Source of the DNA: Lingula anatina
Taxonomy: Eukaryota > Animalia > Brachiopoda
Length of the DNA stretch: 64,000 nt
NCBI GenBank assembly: GCA_051362555.1
Contig: CM120646.1
Location: 9,548,001-9,612,000, forward strand
Direction: 5' to 3'
The notes beneath the pieces are model-generated. The model was not told where the DNA came from and searched no databases. It saw only the letters and a program-made list of their open reading frames with translations. A program made the translations under genes and the position numbers. Below are positions 25,765-38,761 of this stretch, piece after piece; position 1 is the first letter of the stretch, and each line of letters opens with the position of its first letter.

Positions 25765-26415
25765 GCGACATAAAAGACAGAAAGAGTGTGTCAGATGCTG
25801 AGAGCATTAAAGAAAGAGGTAAGATGGTATGCATCAATTTAACAGGCATTCATTTAACACACTTTAAAATTTTACCCACACAATAAGCAGACTCTCTTGC
25901 ACAATCACTAAGTTAATTCACTGTTATCTGTTTTTATTGCATGTATATCTTTGAATATGTGATATCCTTATTGTGGACAAGTATGGTTTCTTTTTTTTCT
26001 TCAGTTGATGTTAAAAACATGACGGCTGCAACAGCAGACATGAAGGAGAGAGGTTACGGCAGCAGGGGCAATAGAATAGGGATCTATTTATTACACTGAT
26101 GGAATGTGACTATGAATGTACACACGCACACACACGTGCATACACATTCCTTATGTTTTGCCAACACAGTTTGTGCTTTTTGTAAGTTTAAAATGATACT
26201 TGGCAAATTTGTTAACTTTAAACAATGGTAAATATTTTGATGCAGTTTCATACATGAAATAAGATGCACTGACTGCTTAGAAGGTTATTTATTATTGCAT
26301 ATTAGTAAGTAATACTGTGTCATATATTTCAGCTCCCAAGGACTGCTGCCAATCAAGGTGGAGGAGGATGTTACATCTTTTCACATCTTGCTTCAGATGC
26401 AGGCCAAGAACATAA
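25765..26415 (+). CDS. Last three coding exons of an unidentified gene (25765-25818, 26005-26052, 26333-26415); probable 3'UTR exon from 26747 with AATAAA at 26840
   Basis: Polypyrimidine-CAG acceptors, GT donors, all phase 1, lengths 54 and 48 nt. Spliced reading: (G)DIKDRKSVSDAESIKERVDVKNMTAATADMKERAPKDCCQSRWRRMLHLFTSCFRCRPRT*. Confidence 0.6.
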
Positions 26416-28239
26416 ATGGTTATTATTATCATTCATTATTAAATCTAATCATTTCAGACATTTAGAAATGAAAAAAAAAATACAGTATTTATAAAAGAAC
26501 AGATTCATTTTACAGTCACAAGAAAGTCCTTTTCTTGTTTCCTTGATTTAATGACATCATAACAAAGTTAACTTAAAGAGTTTTGGAGGAAAACCTAGTC
26601 AAACAGCTGGTAAAACTGTACATGAAAGCAGTAATTATATGATAGCAGCCAGGAGCTGGTGGTTGTAGAGTTACTGTCAACATATTTTTACAACTAGTAC
26701 ATTTTAACTGAATTATATTTTAATATTTTCATCTCTCATTTTTCAGGGTCATCAGTGCACATCTATTATTAGCTCTGTGGCAGCCAGTTTGAACACTTCA
26801 GAATGTCATTTTCTTAAAATACCTTTCTTTTATTGCTACAATAAAATATTGATTATGTTATTAAATGGGTTTTGTCTCTCTTTCTTTCTTTTCTAAATAA
26901 AAGAGAAAAATTTCCTAAAAGGTTATTTGAATATTTATAAGTAACTAGCAATGTTGAAGGGAGGGACGCTTAAGGGGGTTGTTGTTTTCTGAAAAAGTGA
27001 ATTTTCTTTACTCCTTCAGTTGATCCAACTTAGGATACGTCACAGTAATGGTACCATGATAAGTTTTGGACCCTTTCCAGCAAAAAGGGCAATGTTTTCA
27101 AATCCACATCCTCGAATATGGGCCTAAACAAATAATTTGGCCTGTACACCATAAATGGATTTTGATTATAGTTCAAAAACTTTGACTTTCATCCACTTTC
27201 TTTCATTTATAACTATATCCATATGTGATTTTCAAATAATGTTTCTATTTTTACGAACTGTCCCTTAAAGTAGAAAATTTCCTTCATGGGGTTTTAATTT
27301 TAATTTAAAACCTCTACATCACTCGCTTTTACTGAATCAAAAACAAACCCAACTCTTGGTTACTGTCATGGCAGGAAGTTTTATTACAAAAAGTGTGCCA
27401 GATGTTAACAGCGCTGAATGCAGAGCCCTGACAGAAATGTCTGTACATTATTATTATTATGTACTCCTTTAATGCACTCATGAAACATGCACATACAAAC
27501 TACATACATACTAGCTAATACATACAGTACCTTAACTTGTAAAGATAATGCTGCAGTAAATTAGGGACCACAATTGTAGATGTCTAAGTTTTAACACACT
27601 GGACAATTTGGAGAAGAATACATACATGCCAGGCCCATACAATGTAAATTGGCTAGTGCAAGTGTAATCGTTCAAAAATGTAACTAAATCGATATCATGC
27701 TTGCTTTATAAAAGAAGATTCAAAGAGAAACAAATATTCAGAAAAACGGATTGACTAATAAATGCAAATATCAATTCCATGTTCAACTGTTTTCATTTTG
27801 AACACAAATCTGTCACTCAACAGGGAACACTTCACACTAGCTGTTATCAGTAACAGGTAAACAATTCAGAGAAAACCATCAGATTATAAAAAATGTGTGA
27901 AAAAAAACTAAGGACACCCAGGAGTCCCTCCTTCCACAAGGCAGAGATTTAAGATTGTACAACTTTCAACACAGCCCAATACACAAGTTGTGCAACAGTT
28001 AAGGAAAGAGAAATTATTTCCAAAGTTTGATTATAAACACTGAAATTTTTAAAAAAATATCGCTGGAAGTGGGGCAGTATTGTTTCATATGAAATTTACT
28101 AAGAGCAGAATAATAGACTGTAGAGACAGGCATACCTGGAAGAAAAGATGTCTCACACAAGCCCATCATTATATACCTTACTAGTCATATCATTTATTGC
28201 GTTGCAAGGAACCAGTCTGAAAAAGAAATGATTATTTCT

Positions 28240-28960
28240 AGATAATCTGACAGCTGGAGGTGTTTGGTATGGGGAGTTTCCTAGGAGGCTTGGACACCCA
28301 TCGTGGTGTCAACCTTACAATACACAATAATTTGGGTGTCCCTTCTCTGAGGGCAGCTATGCTCCTGCCCACAGCTTTCACCATAGAGTGAAAAATTGTA
28401 AAGCCACACATAGTATACTCTTTTTTTTTTAATATCAAAATGAGAAAATGATGATCCAAGATGAAAATAACTTGCTTTTAAATTGAAAAAGAAAATGAAA
28501 GCCAGATATTCTCCTGCCCAAGAACTCCACCTCTGAGTGGAACTTTAGTTAAAGACATGAAAATATGGTAGATTTTATTCCATCCTAAATGATAGATGGG
28601 TAATCAAGGGTTTCTTTACACTCCATATTTTATTTTGAACAGCCAAGTCCACAGTAAGAGTAATTCTCAAAGAAAACCTTTTAAAAGCTAAACTAGTGGG
28701 CAGGGGAACTTCCCTTGGGGGATGGAACCCCAAGAGAGGTGTGAACCTGTCAAGGTTCACCAGTATGGGAGTCCCATCTCTCAGGGCAGAGTATCTTTGT
28801 ATTTTACTTTTTTATTTTGAATAGCCAAGGCCACTGTTAGAATAATCTTGACAAATAACTTTTTTAAGGCTAAAGTGGTGGACAGGGGAACTGCCCTCAG
28901 GGGGAAGGGACACCCAGCATGGTGTCAATTTGCCAAGATACACCAATATGGGTGGGTCAA
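28240..28960 (+). pseudogene. Three diverged tandem copies of a coding-like exon (..GxGTxLGG..GVNL..GVPSLRA)
   Basis: Acceptor-like ttttattttgaa(c/t)ag before copies 2 and 3; many third-position differences (KSTVRVILKENLLKAKLVGRGTSLGG vs KATVRIILTNNFFKAKVVDRGTALRG). Copies 1 and 3 are disrupted. Confidence 0.4.
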
Positions 28961-29425
28961 CTTTTTAAAAGATATTCACATGCTTTTGTTCAATCTATAT
29001 CACCCTAACATGCATGTACCAGGTATGATATTAATGCATGCAAGTGTTCAGTTCCTAACCAATCTGTATTAAGATTGTAATAAGACTGTCAGAGTAATAC
29101 AGAAATAGGAAATTTGACAACAGCTTTTATCTCTTAAAGCCCTCAAATGATAAAATTGATAATTAAAAGTTAACAAACAGGTTTGACTGTAAGATAAAAG
29201 GTCTGAAAGGGCTGAAGAATAAAGTGACTGGAAGGGGTCAGGAACATCATGTACCTTACTCTTTGACATGAAGACTTCATATGCTGTTTCTCTATTTCAG
29301 AAAAACCAGGCAAAGTTATATAACTTATAACCTATAGGTTTCACAGCACATTGCAAGAGGCTGAAAAGTTTCCACCAATGAGAGGTTAACAAGCAGTAAA
29401 AATAAATGAAAAATAAATAAATAAA

Positions 29426-29589
29426 CAGGCCCATAGCCAGGGGGGTTCGGGGGGTTCGAAAGAACCACCCTTTTTGCTGGGAAAAGTCCACTCTGGGTAA
29501 AATTTGATAGGTACATGAAGTTTTTAAAGAAAAAGGTCCACTTTTTCAGAAAAAGAACCCCCCTTTTGAAATTGCTGGCTAGGGGCCTG
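29426..29589. mobile_element. Short hAT5-like MITE
   Basis: TIRs CAGGCCCATAGCCAG and CTGGCTAGGGGCCTG; 5-bp TSD ATAAA. A related 5' fragment lies at ~4080-4150. Confidence 0.75.
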
Positions 29590-30705
29590 ATAAATAAGAA
29601 AAAACTGGGAAGGCACATCAAAGATCATGCAGCCAGCATGACAGTACTGGAACTGCTGAGAAACACCAAAGTAAAAAATTTTTGTGAAAAAATTTCCCAG
29701 TGCTACATGTATTAAGAAAAATAAATGACACAAATCACATTAAAAAAATACTTGTCATTTATAAGACATTAAATCCAAACATGAAGAATCAAGTATAAAA
29801 ATAATTTTAATTAATTAAATACACTTTTGAAGACCACAACATAATTAATGGTGATGCTTGCTATGTGGAGCTACAAGTATAAGCCTTATAAATGAAATGG
29901 GCAAAGTAAATAGAATTTGAGTATCTTAAATAGAGAAGTATAATTTTTAATGAGGCAAAATAGGTAGACAAGTTTTAAAATTCCTGATACTCACATTTAA
30001 ATATAATGAGCAATTTAACATTTAACATTTCCAATTTAACATCCACAAGGAAACAACTTGGATAAAAGGACAGTAATACTGTACATTCACTGCAAATCTA
30101 ACCACTCAGAAAGTGTCATCAATGCTATATTGAACTTAATAAACATGAGGCTATCCACAATTTCCAGCAATGAAAACATGTTCAAAACATCAAAGAGCGA
30201 GTACTAAGATACACTTAGTAACACAGATATTGAAAAACTAGCAAGTAATTCAGTTTCATGGGCCATAAAAGACACTAAAAATGCTAATGTGTGAAAAATA
30301 AAATATTCAAACAAAAATAAAACTGAAAAATTACCATAAATGTAAACCAATCAGGCCGATTTTCGAAAGCAACCTGCCTCTTTATCAAACAAAGCCACTC
30401 AGTAAACTTAATATAAAACAAAAATAAGGTTTGGCAGTTACAGGGTGAACATCACCATAAGTAGTGCAAAAAACCAAGAATAATTACCGTAAATGTAAAT
30501 AGATTGTGCCAATTTTCAAAAGTAACCTGCTTTTTTGCCAAATAAAGCCAGTTAGTAAACTTAAAGTAAAACAAATAATACGGAAAAAGCTAATGTCCCT
30601 ACGTAGGGAGGTAAGAGAATTCGATTCATGAAACTCATATTGTTATTTGACTGTCTTGAAAATTGCTGCATCCATCATCTTGTTTGTCTGTTACATTTGA
30701 AGTTC

Positions 30706-31827
30706 AGTAGTCCTGTGTATCCTAGTACAGTGTAGTAGTCTTGAGTCATTGTGTTCCATTGTGGTAGTATAGTCCTGTGTATCCTAGTACAGATTAGTAG
30801 TCTTGAGTCATTGTGTTCCATTGTGGTAGTATAGTCCTGTGTATCTTAGTACAGTGTAGTAGTCTTGAGTCATTGTGTTCCATTGTGGTAGTATAGTCCT
30901 GTGTATCCTAGTACAGTGTAGTAGTCTTGAGTCATTGTGTTCCATTGTGGTAGTATAGTCCTGTGCCTGCTAAGACAGTGTAGTAGTCTTGAGTCATTGT
31001 GTTCCATTGTGGTAGTATAGTCCTGTGCCTGCTAGTACAGTGTAGTAGGCTGGAGTCATTGTGTTCCAATGTGGCAGTATAGTCCTGTGCCTGCTAAGAC
31101 AGTGTAGTAGTCTGGAGTCATTGTGTTCCATTGTGGCAGTATAGCCCTGTGCCTGCTAGTGCTAGGACAGTGCAGTAGTCTGGAGTCATTGTGTACCATT
31201 GTGGTAGTATAGTCCTGTGCCTGCTAGGACAGTGTAGTAGTCTGGAGTCATTGTGTACCATTGTGGTAGTATAGTCCTGTGCTTCCTAGTACAGTGTAGA
31301 AGTCTGGAGTCATTGTGTTCCAATGTGGCAGTATAGTCCTGTGCCTGCTAGGACAGTGTAGTAGTCTGGAGTCATTGTGTTCCAATGTGGCAGTATAGTC
31401 CTGTGCCTGCTAGTACAGTGTAGTAGTCTGGAGTCATTGTGTTCCAATGTGGCAGTATAGTCCTGTGCCTGCTAGGACAGTGTAGTAGTCTGGAGTCATT
31501 GTGTTCCAATGTGGCAGTATAGTCCTGTGCCTGCTAGGACAGTGTAGTAGTCTGGAGTCATTGTGTTCCAATGTGGCAGTATAGTCCTGTGCCTGCTAGG
31601 ACAGTGTAGTAGTCTGGAGTCATTGTGTTCCATTGTGGCAGTATAGTCCTGTGCCTGCTAGGACAGTTTAGTAGTCTGGAGTCATTGTGTTCCATTGTGG
31701 CAGTATAGTCCTGTGCCTGCTAGGACAGTTTAGTAGTCTGGAGTCATTGTGTTCCATTGTGGCAGTAAAGTCCTGTGCCTGCTAGTACGGTGTAGTAGTC
31801 TGGAGTCATTGCGTTCCATTGTGGCAG
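30706..31827. repeat. 62-bp minisatellite, about 18 copies
   Basis: Unit tgtagtagtct(t/g)gagtcattgtgttccattgtggtagtatagtcctgtg..ctagtacag at 30731, 30793, 30855 and onward. Confidence 0.97.
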
Positions 31828-32572
31828 ATGATGATGGACAGATGATGGACTGGAATAGACAAAAAAGTCAGTGATCAGGCTTTTTCCTCAAGATCCAAAA
31901 TATTAAAATAATGAAATTTCAGTAAATTTATTAAAAATAAAATAATAAACTTTCAAAATAAAGTGTTGTTGTAAGTTAAGGCTGAAGCATATACTATACC
32001 AGTACTGATAATAAAGTGGTGCGTTTATAGTAGTTTCTTACGAAATTAAATTTGAAAGGGTTCACCACACACACCAGGGAAACATAGGCCAACCATTGCT
32101 AAGTGTGGGTCATTTAAGGACAAGGAAATGGTGAGGGGGTACCCTGAGTGTCAGGGCACAGTAAAAGCTAGCTTGTTAAAAATCTTGGGATTGCTTTTAC
32201 TGGTTTCACTTTCGTATTGCTTTCGTATGGGTTATATATGAAATCAAGATCGAGCTGGCAATACAGAAATCTAGAATCTGGGGGGGGGGGGGGGGGGTCG
32301 TCCAAACAAATTAAAGCAGTGAGTAACACTTATCTGAATGGTAGCTCTGTCAGTGAAGACAGGACTTCGACTAGTGATAAATATAACAAGAACACAAAAT
32401 TCTCTCATGAAATGTATGTGGTATAAATAAAAGGTTTAACTATCCTGACTTTAAAACTTTTAAATAGCTTTTGGTGAAAATTTTGATCATTTAACAGATG
32501 TCCATAAACTAGAGACCAGTGTACAACGACAATACAGTTAACAACTTCGGTAATTATTTACTAACTTTTGTA

Positions 32573-32800
32573 AGACTGGGTTCCCACAGATTTAGATCAA
32601 TCCATCTGGATTGACCCAACTCCCTGGGGGTTCACGCTAAATTGCTGTCAGCTTCCTGGAGCTGAGCGCGCACAAAAGTTTATTACCCCCTTGCAGCTTT
32701 CAGTAGGCGGGATAGACATTTAAGCTGGTTAAACTGACAGCAATCTAGTGAGACTCCCCAGGGGGATAGATCGTTCTAAATATCTGTGGGAATGGTCTCT
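32573..32800. mobile_element. Palindromic MITE
   Basis: Imperfect inverted arms ttcccacagatttaga..ccctggggg..attgctgtcag versus ctgacagcaat..cccccagggg..tctaaatatctgtgggaa. Confidence 0.65.
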
Positions 32801-33528
32801 AAGACTCACAGCTTGTATATATATAATGAATGTAAGAGTGGGTAGTGATGAACAAGTTGGTAAATTATTTTATTTTTAATGCTGATTTCTTAAATTTTGT
32901 CACATATTTTGAGATTTTAGATTTTAACTGTCTTTATTCAGATATTCATTTACCTCTGGTTTGCCACCTCAGTATAATCAAACAGAACTCTAATAGGTGT
33001 ACACTAGAGGGTAATATACCCCGGTAGATGTGGGTGAATACGTAGAAAGAATTAAAAAATGGCATACGGATAAAGTCGACGAGTATAATAGAAACATTGA
33101 CTTAGCTTGTATTATTGATATACAAAATGTTATCGAGAGATTGGATCTTGGCAGTGTGGAGAAAAAGGAAATTGATTCAATTTTTGAAAAGACAGCTGAA
33201 GTATTGTTGAGTTCAGCTAAGAAAACTAAATATACTTTGAAAAAGAATAAAGAGTGGTTCTGCAATGAGTGCCGTATCGCACGTAAGGAGTACTGTAAAT
33301 GTCATCGTAAATATAAGAAATATGGATCCACTATATTTAAACAAGGGGTTCTTGATGCTCAGAAACATTATAAAACTGTAGTGGAGAAATCTTTTACTAA
33401 TTATAGATACCAATTACAAAATAAAATTAAGAATATATGAAGAAAAAATCCAAAAGAATATTGGAAATTGTTGAATGTAAAAGAAAAAAGTCCTGTAGTG
33501 ATGGTGCAGTACATCTAGGTGTAGATGA

Positions 33529-33799
33529 TTTTTATCTCTGCCAAGGAGGCTATCTTTTCACCCCTGTTTGTTTGTCTGTCTGTCTGTCTGTTTGTCATCA
33601 ACATAACTCAAAAAGTTATGGATGAATTTCGATGGAATTATTCAGGGTAGGTCAGAAATGGGTTAACTTAGAAGTGATTAGTTTTTGGTGGTGATCCAGA
33701 TCAATAATCAAAATTTAGAAAATTTAGGGGTGAAACGACATTGGATGGAGACTTTGCTGCCTTGGCGGAGGTCTGCACTCTCTTAGTGCTTTTCTAGTT
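33529..33799 (+). mobile_element. Short HINE / non-autonomous Helentron inserted in the LINE
   Basis: ctctgccaaggagg..(GTCT)n..ccttggcggaggtctgcactctcttagtgcttttctagtt. Removing it rejoins the LINE frame (DDFYEYF). Same family as 47385-47813. Confidence 0.85.
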
Positions 33800-34409
33800 A
33801 TGAATATTTCAAGAAGGTTAATGCTAATACTGATGATGAAACAGATTTACTTTTTATAGACAGTGACCAGATCTTTGATGATAGTTCATTTATGAATGAA
33901 CCTATATCGGTCAATGAAGTTGTAAATACTGTGAAATTACTCAGAAATAATAAGTCACCAGGACCAGACACATTACTAAATGAATACATAAAATCATCTC
34001 TACATATGGCACCATTATATGTCAAACTTTTAAAAATTGTAGTATTTAATTCTGGAATTGTACCAGATGCATGGTTTAATGGACTCATTAAGCCAATATA
34101 TAAAAATAAAGGATCAGCTCATGAACCATAAAACTACAGGCCTATTTCCTTGTTAAGTAGTTTAGGCAAGGTGTCCACATCGATTCCGAGCAAAAGGCTA
34201 ACTACAGTACTTACTCAGATAGCACAGATATACTAAAGGATAATCAAAGCAGATTTAGAGCTAATTATTCAACAGCCGATAATATCTTTACTTTGTACTC
34301 TTTGATTGAATTTTCATTCTTAAAAAAGAATAAGTTATATTGTGCTTGTGTAGATTTTAAACCTGCCTTCAATAAGATATGGAGAATTGGATTATGGTGA
34401 AAATTATTT

Positions 34410-34768
34410 ATATAATAATAATAATAATAATCTTTATTGGAGAAATCGCAACCCGAAGGTTGAAGTTATACAATTACATATATGAATACTTAAGTCAAGG
34501 AAGCCTGGTCATTTTTGCACTGGTGCACTCCGTAGGCGGTCTCACCTCCCTGGGGAGCATACAGCTCGGCTGCCATATCAGGCGCTCATAGCTAATATAA
34601 CATTTCTACCCTGCCTGACCAGGCCCCTGCTTCAACCCCTTTATGCTGAGTGCCAAGCGGGGAGACAGCAGGTACCGTTTATAAAGGACTGGTTTGTCCC
34701 CGGACGGGATTTGAACCCACGTCCTCCCGCTCCGGAGGCGGACACTCTAACCACAAGGCCATCCGGTT
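34410..34768 (-). mobile_element. tRNA-derived SINE with Meta-like and Deu/Nin-like domains and an (ATT)n tail
   Basis: Minus strand has an A box (TGGCCTTGTGGTTAG) and B box (GGTTCAAATCC), then ggtacctgctgtctccccgcttggcactcagcat, gagctgtatgctccccagggag, AATAAA and (ATT)n. Domain names are from recollected consensus sequences. Confidence 0.8.
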
Positions 34769-36830
34769 AGTTACCAAATAAGTGGGAAATGCCTAAGGCT
34801 TATTTTGTCTATTATGAATATGTACAATAAATGCAAATCAAACATTACTTATAACGGACGTCTCTCAGAATATTTCCCTTGTCAAAATGGAGTTAGACAA
34901 GGGGCAAATTTATCTCCCTTGCTCTTTGCTCTCTATCTTAATGATTTAGAGGATTTTCTATCCAACAAAAATGTTGTTGGTTTACAGACCGTAACTGATG
35001 AGCTTGAAAATGAGCTTGATGTGTATATCAAAATTATGGTGATACTTTACACAGATGATACATTACTGGTGTCAGAGACCAAAGATGCTCTTCAATATCA
35101 ACTTGATTGCTTTTTTGAATACTTTTCAAATTGGAAATTGCAGGTAAACACTTACAAGAATAAAATACTAATATTTGGAAAAGGGAAACAACCTAAAGAA
35201 TTGTCATTTAAATATGATAATTATGACATTGAAAATTATGGTGATACTTTACACAGATGATACATTACTGGTGTCAGAGACCAAAGATGATCTTCAATAT
35301 CAACTTGATTGCTTTTTTGAATACTGTTCAAATTGGAAATTGCAGGTAAACATTTACAAGAATAAAATACTAATATTTGGAAAAGGGAGACAACCTAAAG
35401 AATTGTCATTTAAATATAATAATTATGACATTGAAATTGTCAAAAGCTTTAAATATTTGGGCATTTTTATATCTAGAACTGGATCATTTTATTCTACACG
35501 AAAATATGAAGTACAGAGGGTGACCAGAATTATGTTTGGCATTTATAAAAAATCTAGACAATTAAATTTATCAGTTAAATGCCAACTAAACCTCTTTGAT
35601 AAGATGATAGTACCACTGTTGTTATATGGAGCTGAGATATTGGGATATGAAAACTTACATATAATAGAAAAAGTGCATTTTAAATTTCGTAAGGCCACAC
35701 TTTTTTATTTTTATGAATGACATCCTCTGGGGACCCCGAAATCGGTGCGAGAGACAGAGGGCGAAAAAAAAACAAAAAATTAATGGATTAAACTTCTAAA
35801 TGGCAAGAATACAAATTTGTCCTGTATGGTTTATAGATTATTGTATGCACTAAATACAAATCATAATACTTCGAAGTTTAAATGGCTGGTGTGTTGTCAC
35901 AGTAAGAATTTTCGTGCTACATTGCATTGTGATGTGACAAGTGAACAACTAACACAGTCGATACCATATTGTTCTTCACTTCATATGTCTTATCCTGAAC
36001 TTACCGATAAAGTTTGCCAACAGAATATATAACAAAAACGTCTAAGAAAAGTGCCCTGATGGAAGATGACACTCAGTGTACAGAACGTTTGATGAAAATT
36101 CCGACTTTTCTCAGCGTCACCACTTGCACGCGCCATATATAAACATTGTTGAGTATAGATGGCGCTGTGCAAGAGGTGAGACTTTGGATTTGTAATGGAC
36201 TGCGACCAAGATACTTGTGCAAGGCGGGAGGGGGTTTGGCATCGCAACAGATATGACCAGGGTCCAGCCACTGTGATATATAAAAAATTATTGTGATACT
36301 CCGGAGAAATTATAAGAAAGATTATCATATCAGTGCCCTCTATCATTTATCGACAATTGCCAGAGAGGAAGATTCCCGCGCAAGGCCCACGCCCTCCACC
36401 CTGACGCACACGCACACACACACACACACACACACAAAACTGTTTTTTATGCTTTGGAAAGTAACGCCTCGGTTAGAATTGTGTTGTTAGCAGTTTGCTA
36501 TAATAAAATACTCTGACTTTACAAAATGATATAGAAAAATCAATTAAGAAATTTATTAAATTCCATTTAGAGTCATTCAATGTTTTAAGAATTTCATCGG
36601 CTGTTTAACAACTTGGTCATAGCCTACTAACAGCCTATTTTTAATCAATAATTAAAACAAGTCAATTTTTGCGCTCCGATATTTCAGTCTCCGTTGTGTG
36701 GCTTGTTCAAAAATAGCAAACTTTGACTCCACGTAGATTCTGTTGGCATTTTATGTTCCATTTGTAACTTATTTTAATTTTAGTTCCTTACGTAGCGTTG
36801 ACGCTTTGCCAGTTAATTTTCCAGTTACTA

Positions 36831-38722
36831 GGCTTGTTAAGGACCAAAAATTGGCCAAACGCTGCATTTTGTAGTACAAATGTCTAACTTGGCATAAATG
36901 TTCCTTGGGCCAAAAGAAAATTTTTTATCCAAAGAGACACCCTCTATCGATACATTAATTAGCATAAATTATGCAAATTAGGTGCCAAAATATATAATAT
37001 TTCATATTTCCATTAATTTTTGGCCTAGAAACATGTATAGATTATGAAACCAGACTAAACTAGGAACAAGGAACCCATTTTTGATCATTTGGAAGCAATT
37101 GGTGGCCATTTTGTGCCTCAAATCCAAGATGGCCGCCACCCGCCATTTTGAAAGTGGACATAATTTTGCTATTTTATGTTGAATTTTGAAGCGTTTGGTC
37201 AAACTATACTTGATATATATATCGATTCTTACTATTTTGGGGGTGCAAAAGTCATTTTTGATATTGTTATGGTGATAGTAGGTGATTTGAAGGAACAAAG
37301 AGGGTGTTTTAAGTGCCTACCAAGATATGTGTGAAGGCTGCAAAACCATGGATATTGATAACCCGTATTCAAATATATCTCAATGCAATTTTTTTGTTAT
37401 ATACCATCGCTATTGGACTATATTATGAGCAAAAAAACACATTTTTACCATTATGGAGGCCATTGGTGGCCGTTTTATCCCTCAAATCCAAGATGGCCGC
37501 CAAAAACCATTTTGAAACCGGGCATAATTCGCTATTTTGAAACTATATGTATAACATCTTTGTAAATGAGTAATACGTCGTTTTATATTATTTTCTGGTG
37601 CAGAATACATTATCTGTTTCATGAAATGTGAGTACAAACTATTTTAACCTCCAAAATCAATATGCATGTAGGCTTAAGTTGTCAAATAGGCTTACATGTG
37701 CCATGTAGTCTAATTAGTACAAAATGTTTTATTAAATCCTAAAGAGCTTGAAACAAGCGTCAGAGACCAAAATGGCGTAATTAAAGGTAAAGAACACATA
37801 CTTGGTGCTTTGGAGACAATTGGTAGCCATTTTGATCCTCAAATCCAAGATGGCCGCCAGTCACAATTTTGAAATACGGGTAAGGCATAACTCATCAATT
37901 TGAAGCTATTGCTCTTACACTAGCATGCTATACATCGTTTCTTATCATTTGGGTTGTAGAAGTCGTGTCTTATCACTTCTGAGATATAATACAAAAAGAA
38001 AATATTACAAGGCTCCAACACCAATACAGACTTACGGTTTTGCCAGACATAGATTAAGTGCAAGAGACCAGCATGGCTGATTCGACTTTATGGTGACTAC
38101 TGTTAGCTATTCTGTTGTTCCTATCCAAGAGCCTGTCACTTTTTTAAAATTATGGCATAATTTACCTTTTTGAGCTGTTGGACTTTCATATATGATCCTA
38201 ATACATCAATTGTTACTATTTTGGAAGTACGTAATTAATTTCCGGTGTTATTCTGGTGACAGAGGATAATAACAAGGCATAAGGTGTTTTAAGATGATTC
38301 CAAGATGAATTTTCCTGTAGTTGTCATATACTGTAGATGTTTTGTGCTTGTTCGTCCATTGGAAACAATGAGAACTATGTAGTTGCCTTATGGATTTCTA
38401 TTGGTAGTGAGATGACTTGTCTGGCCAAACCATGCTAGGAATGATCACTGGCACTGTCAACTAGGAAAAGAGACTGCTTCCTCGACTTTTTTGCTTTATA
38501 TCTCTTGCCTACCTGCCCAGCTGCTGCTTTCTAGTTGGTTTTGCAGATTCCTTCTTTTGTGTAAAGATACCACTTTCCTCTGATGCAACATGTTCTCATG
38601 CATTGATGTTTCTCTGGAAACTGGATTTTAATATATTGTTTGGCAGTTTCTCATAGGACACTGACAAAACCTCAATTCTTACTGGCTATTGTCTTATTGG
38701 CCTACCAGAGCTGATCATGCAT

Positions 38723-38761
<39 letters not shown>

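Larger units (their letters stand above)
32900..35895 (+). mobile_element. Decayed non-LTR retrotransposon ORF2 (RTE-X-like LINE), interrupted by a HINE and a SINE
   Basis: RT motifs KSPGPD, IKPIYKNKG..NYRPISLLS, GVRQGANLSPLLFALYLNDL, LYTDD, WKLQVN, FKYLG and PLLLYGAE; multiple stops and frameshifts. Confidence 0.92.

Noticed and set aside
34695-34768. tRNA gene
   Set aside because: A and B boxes are followed by a SINE body and tail, so it is a SINE head.
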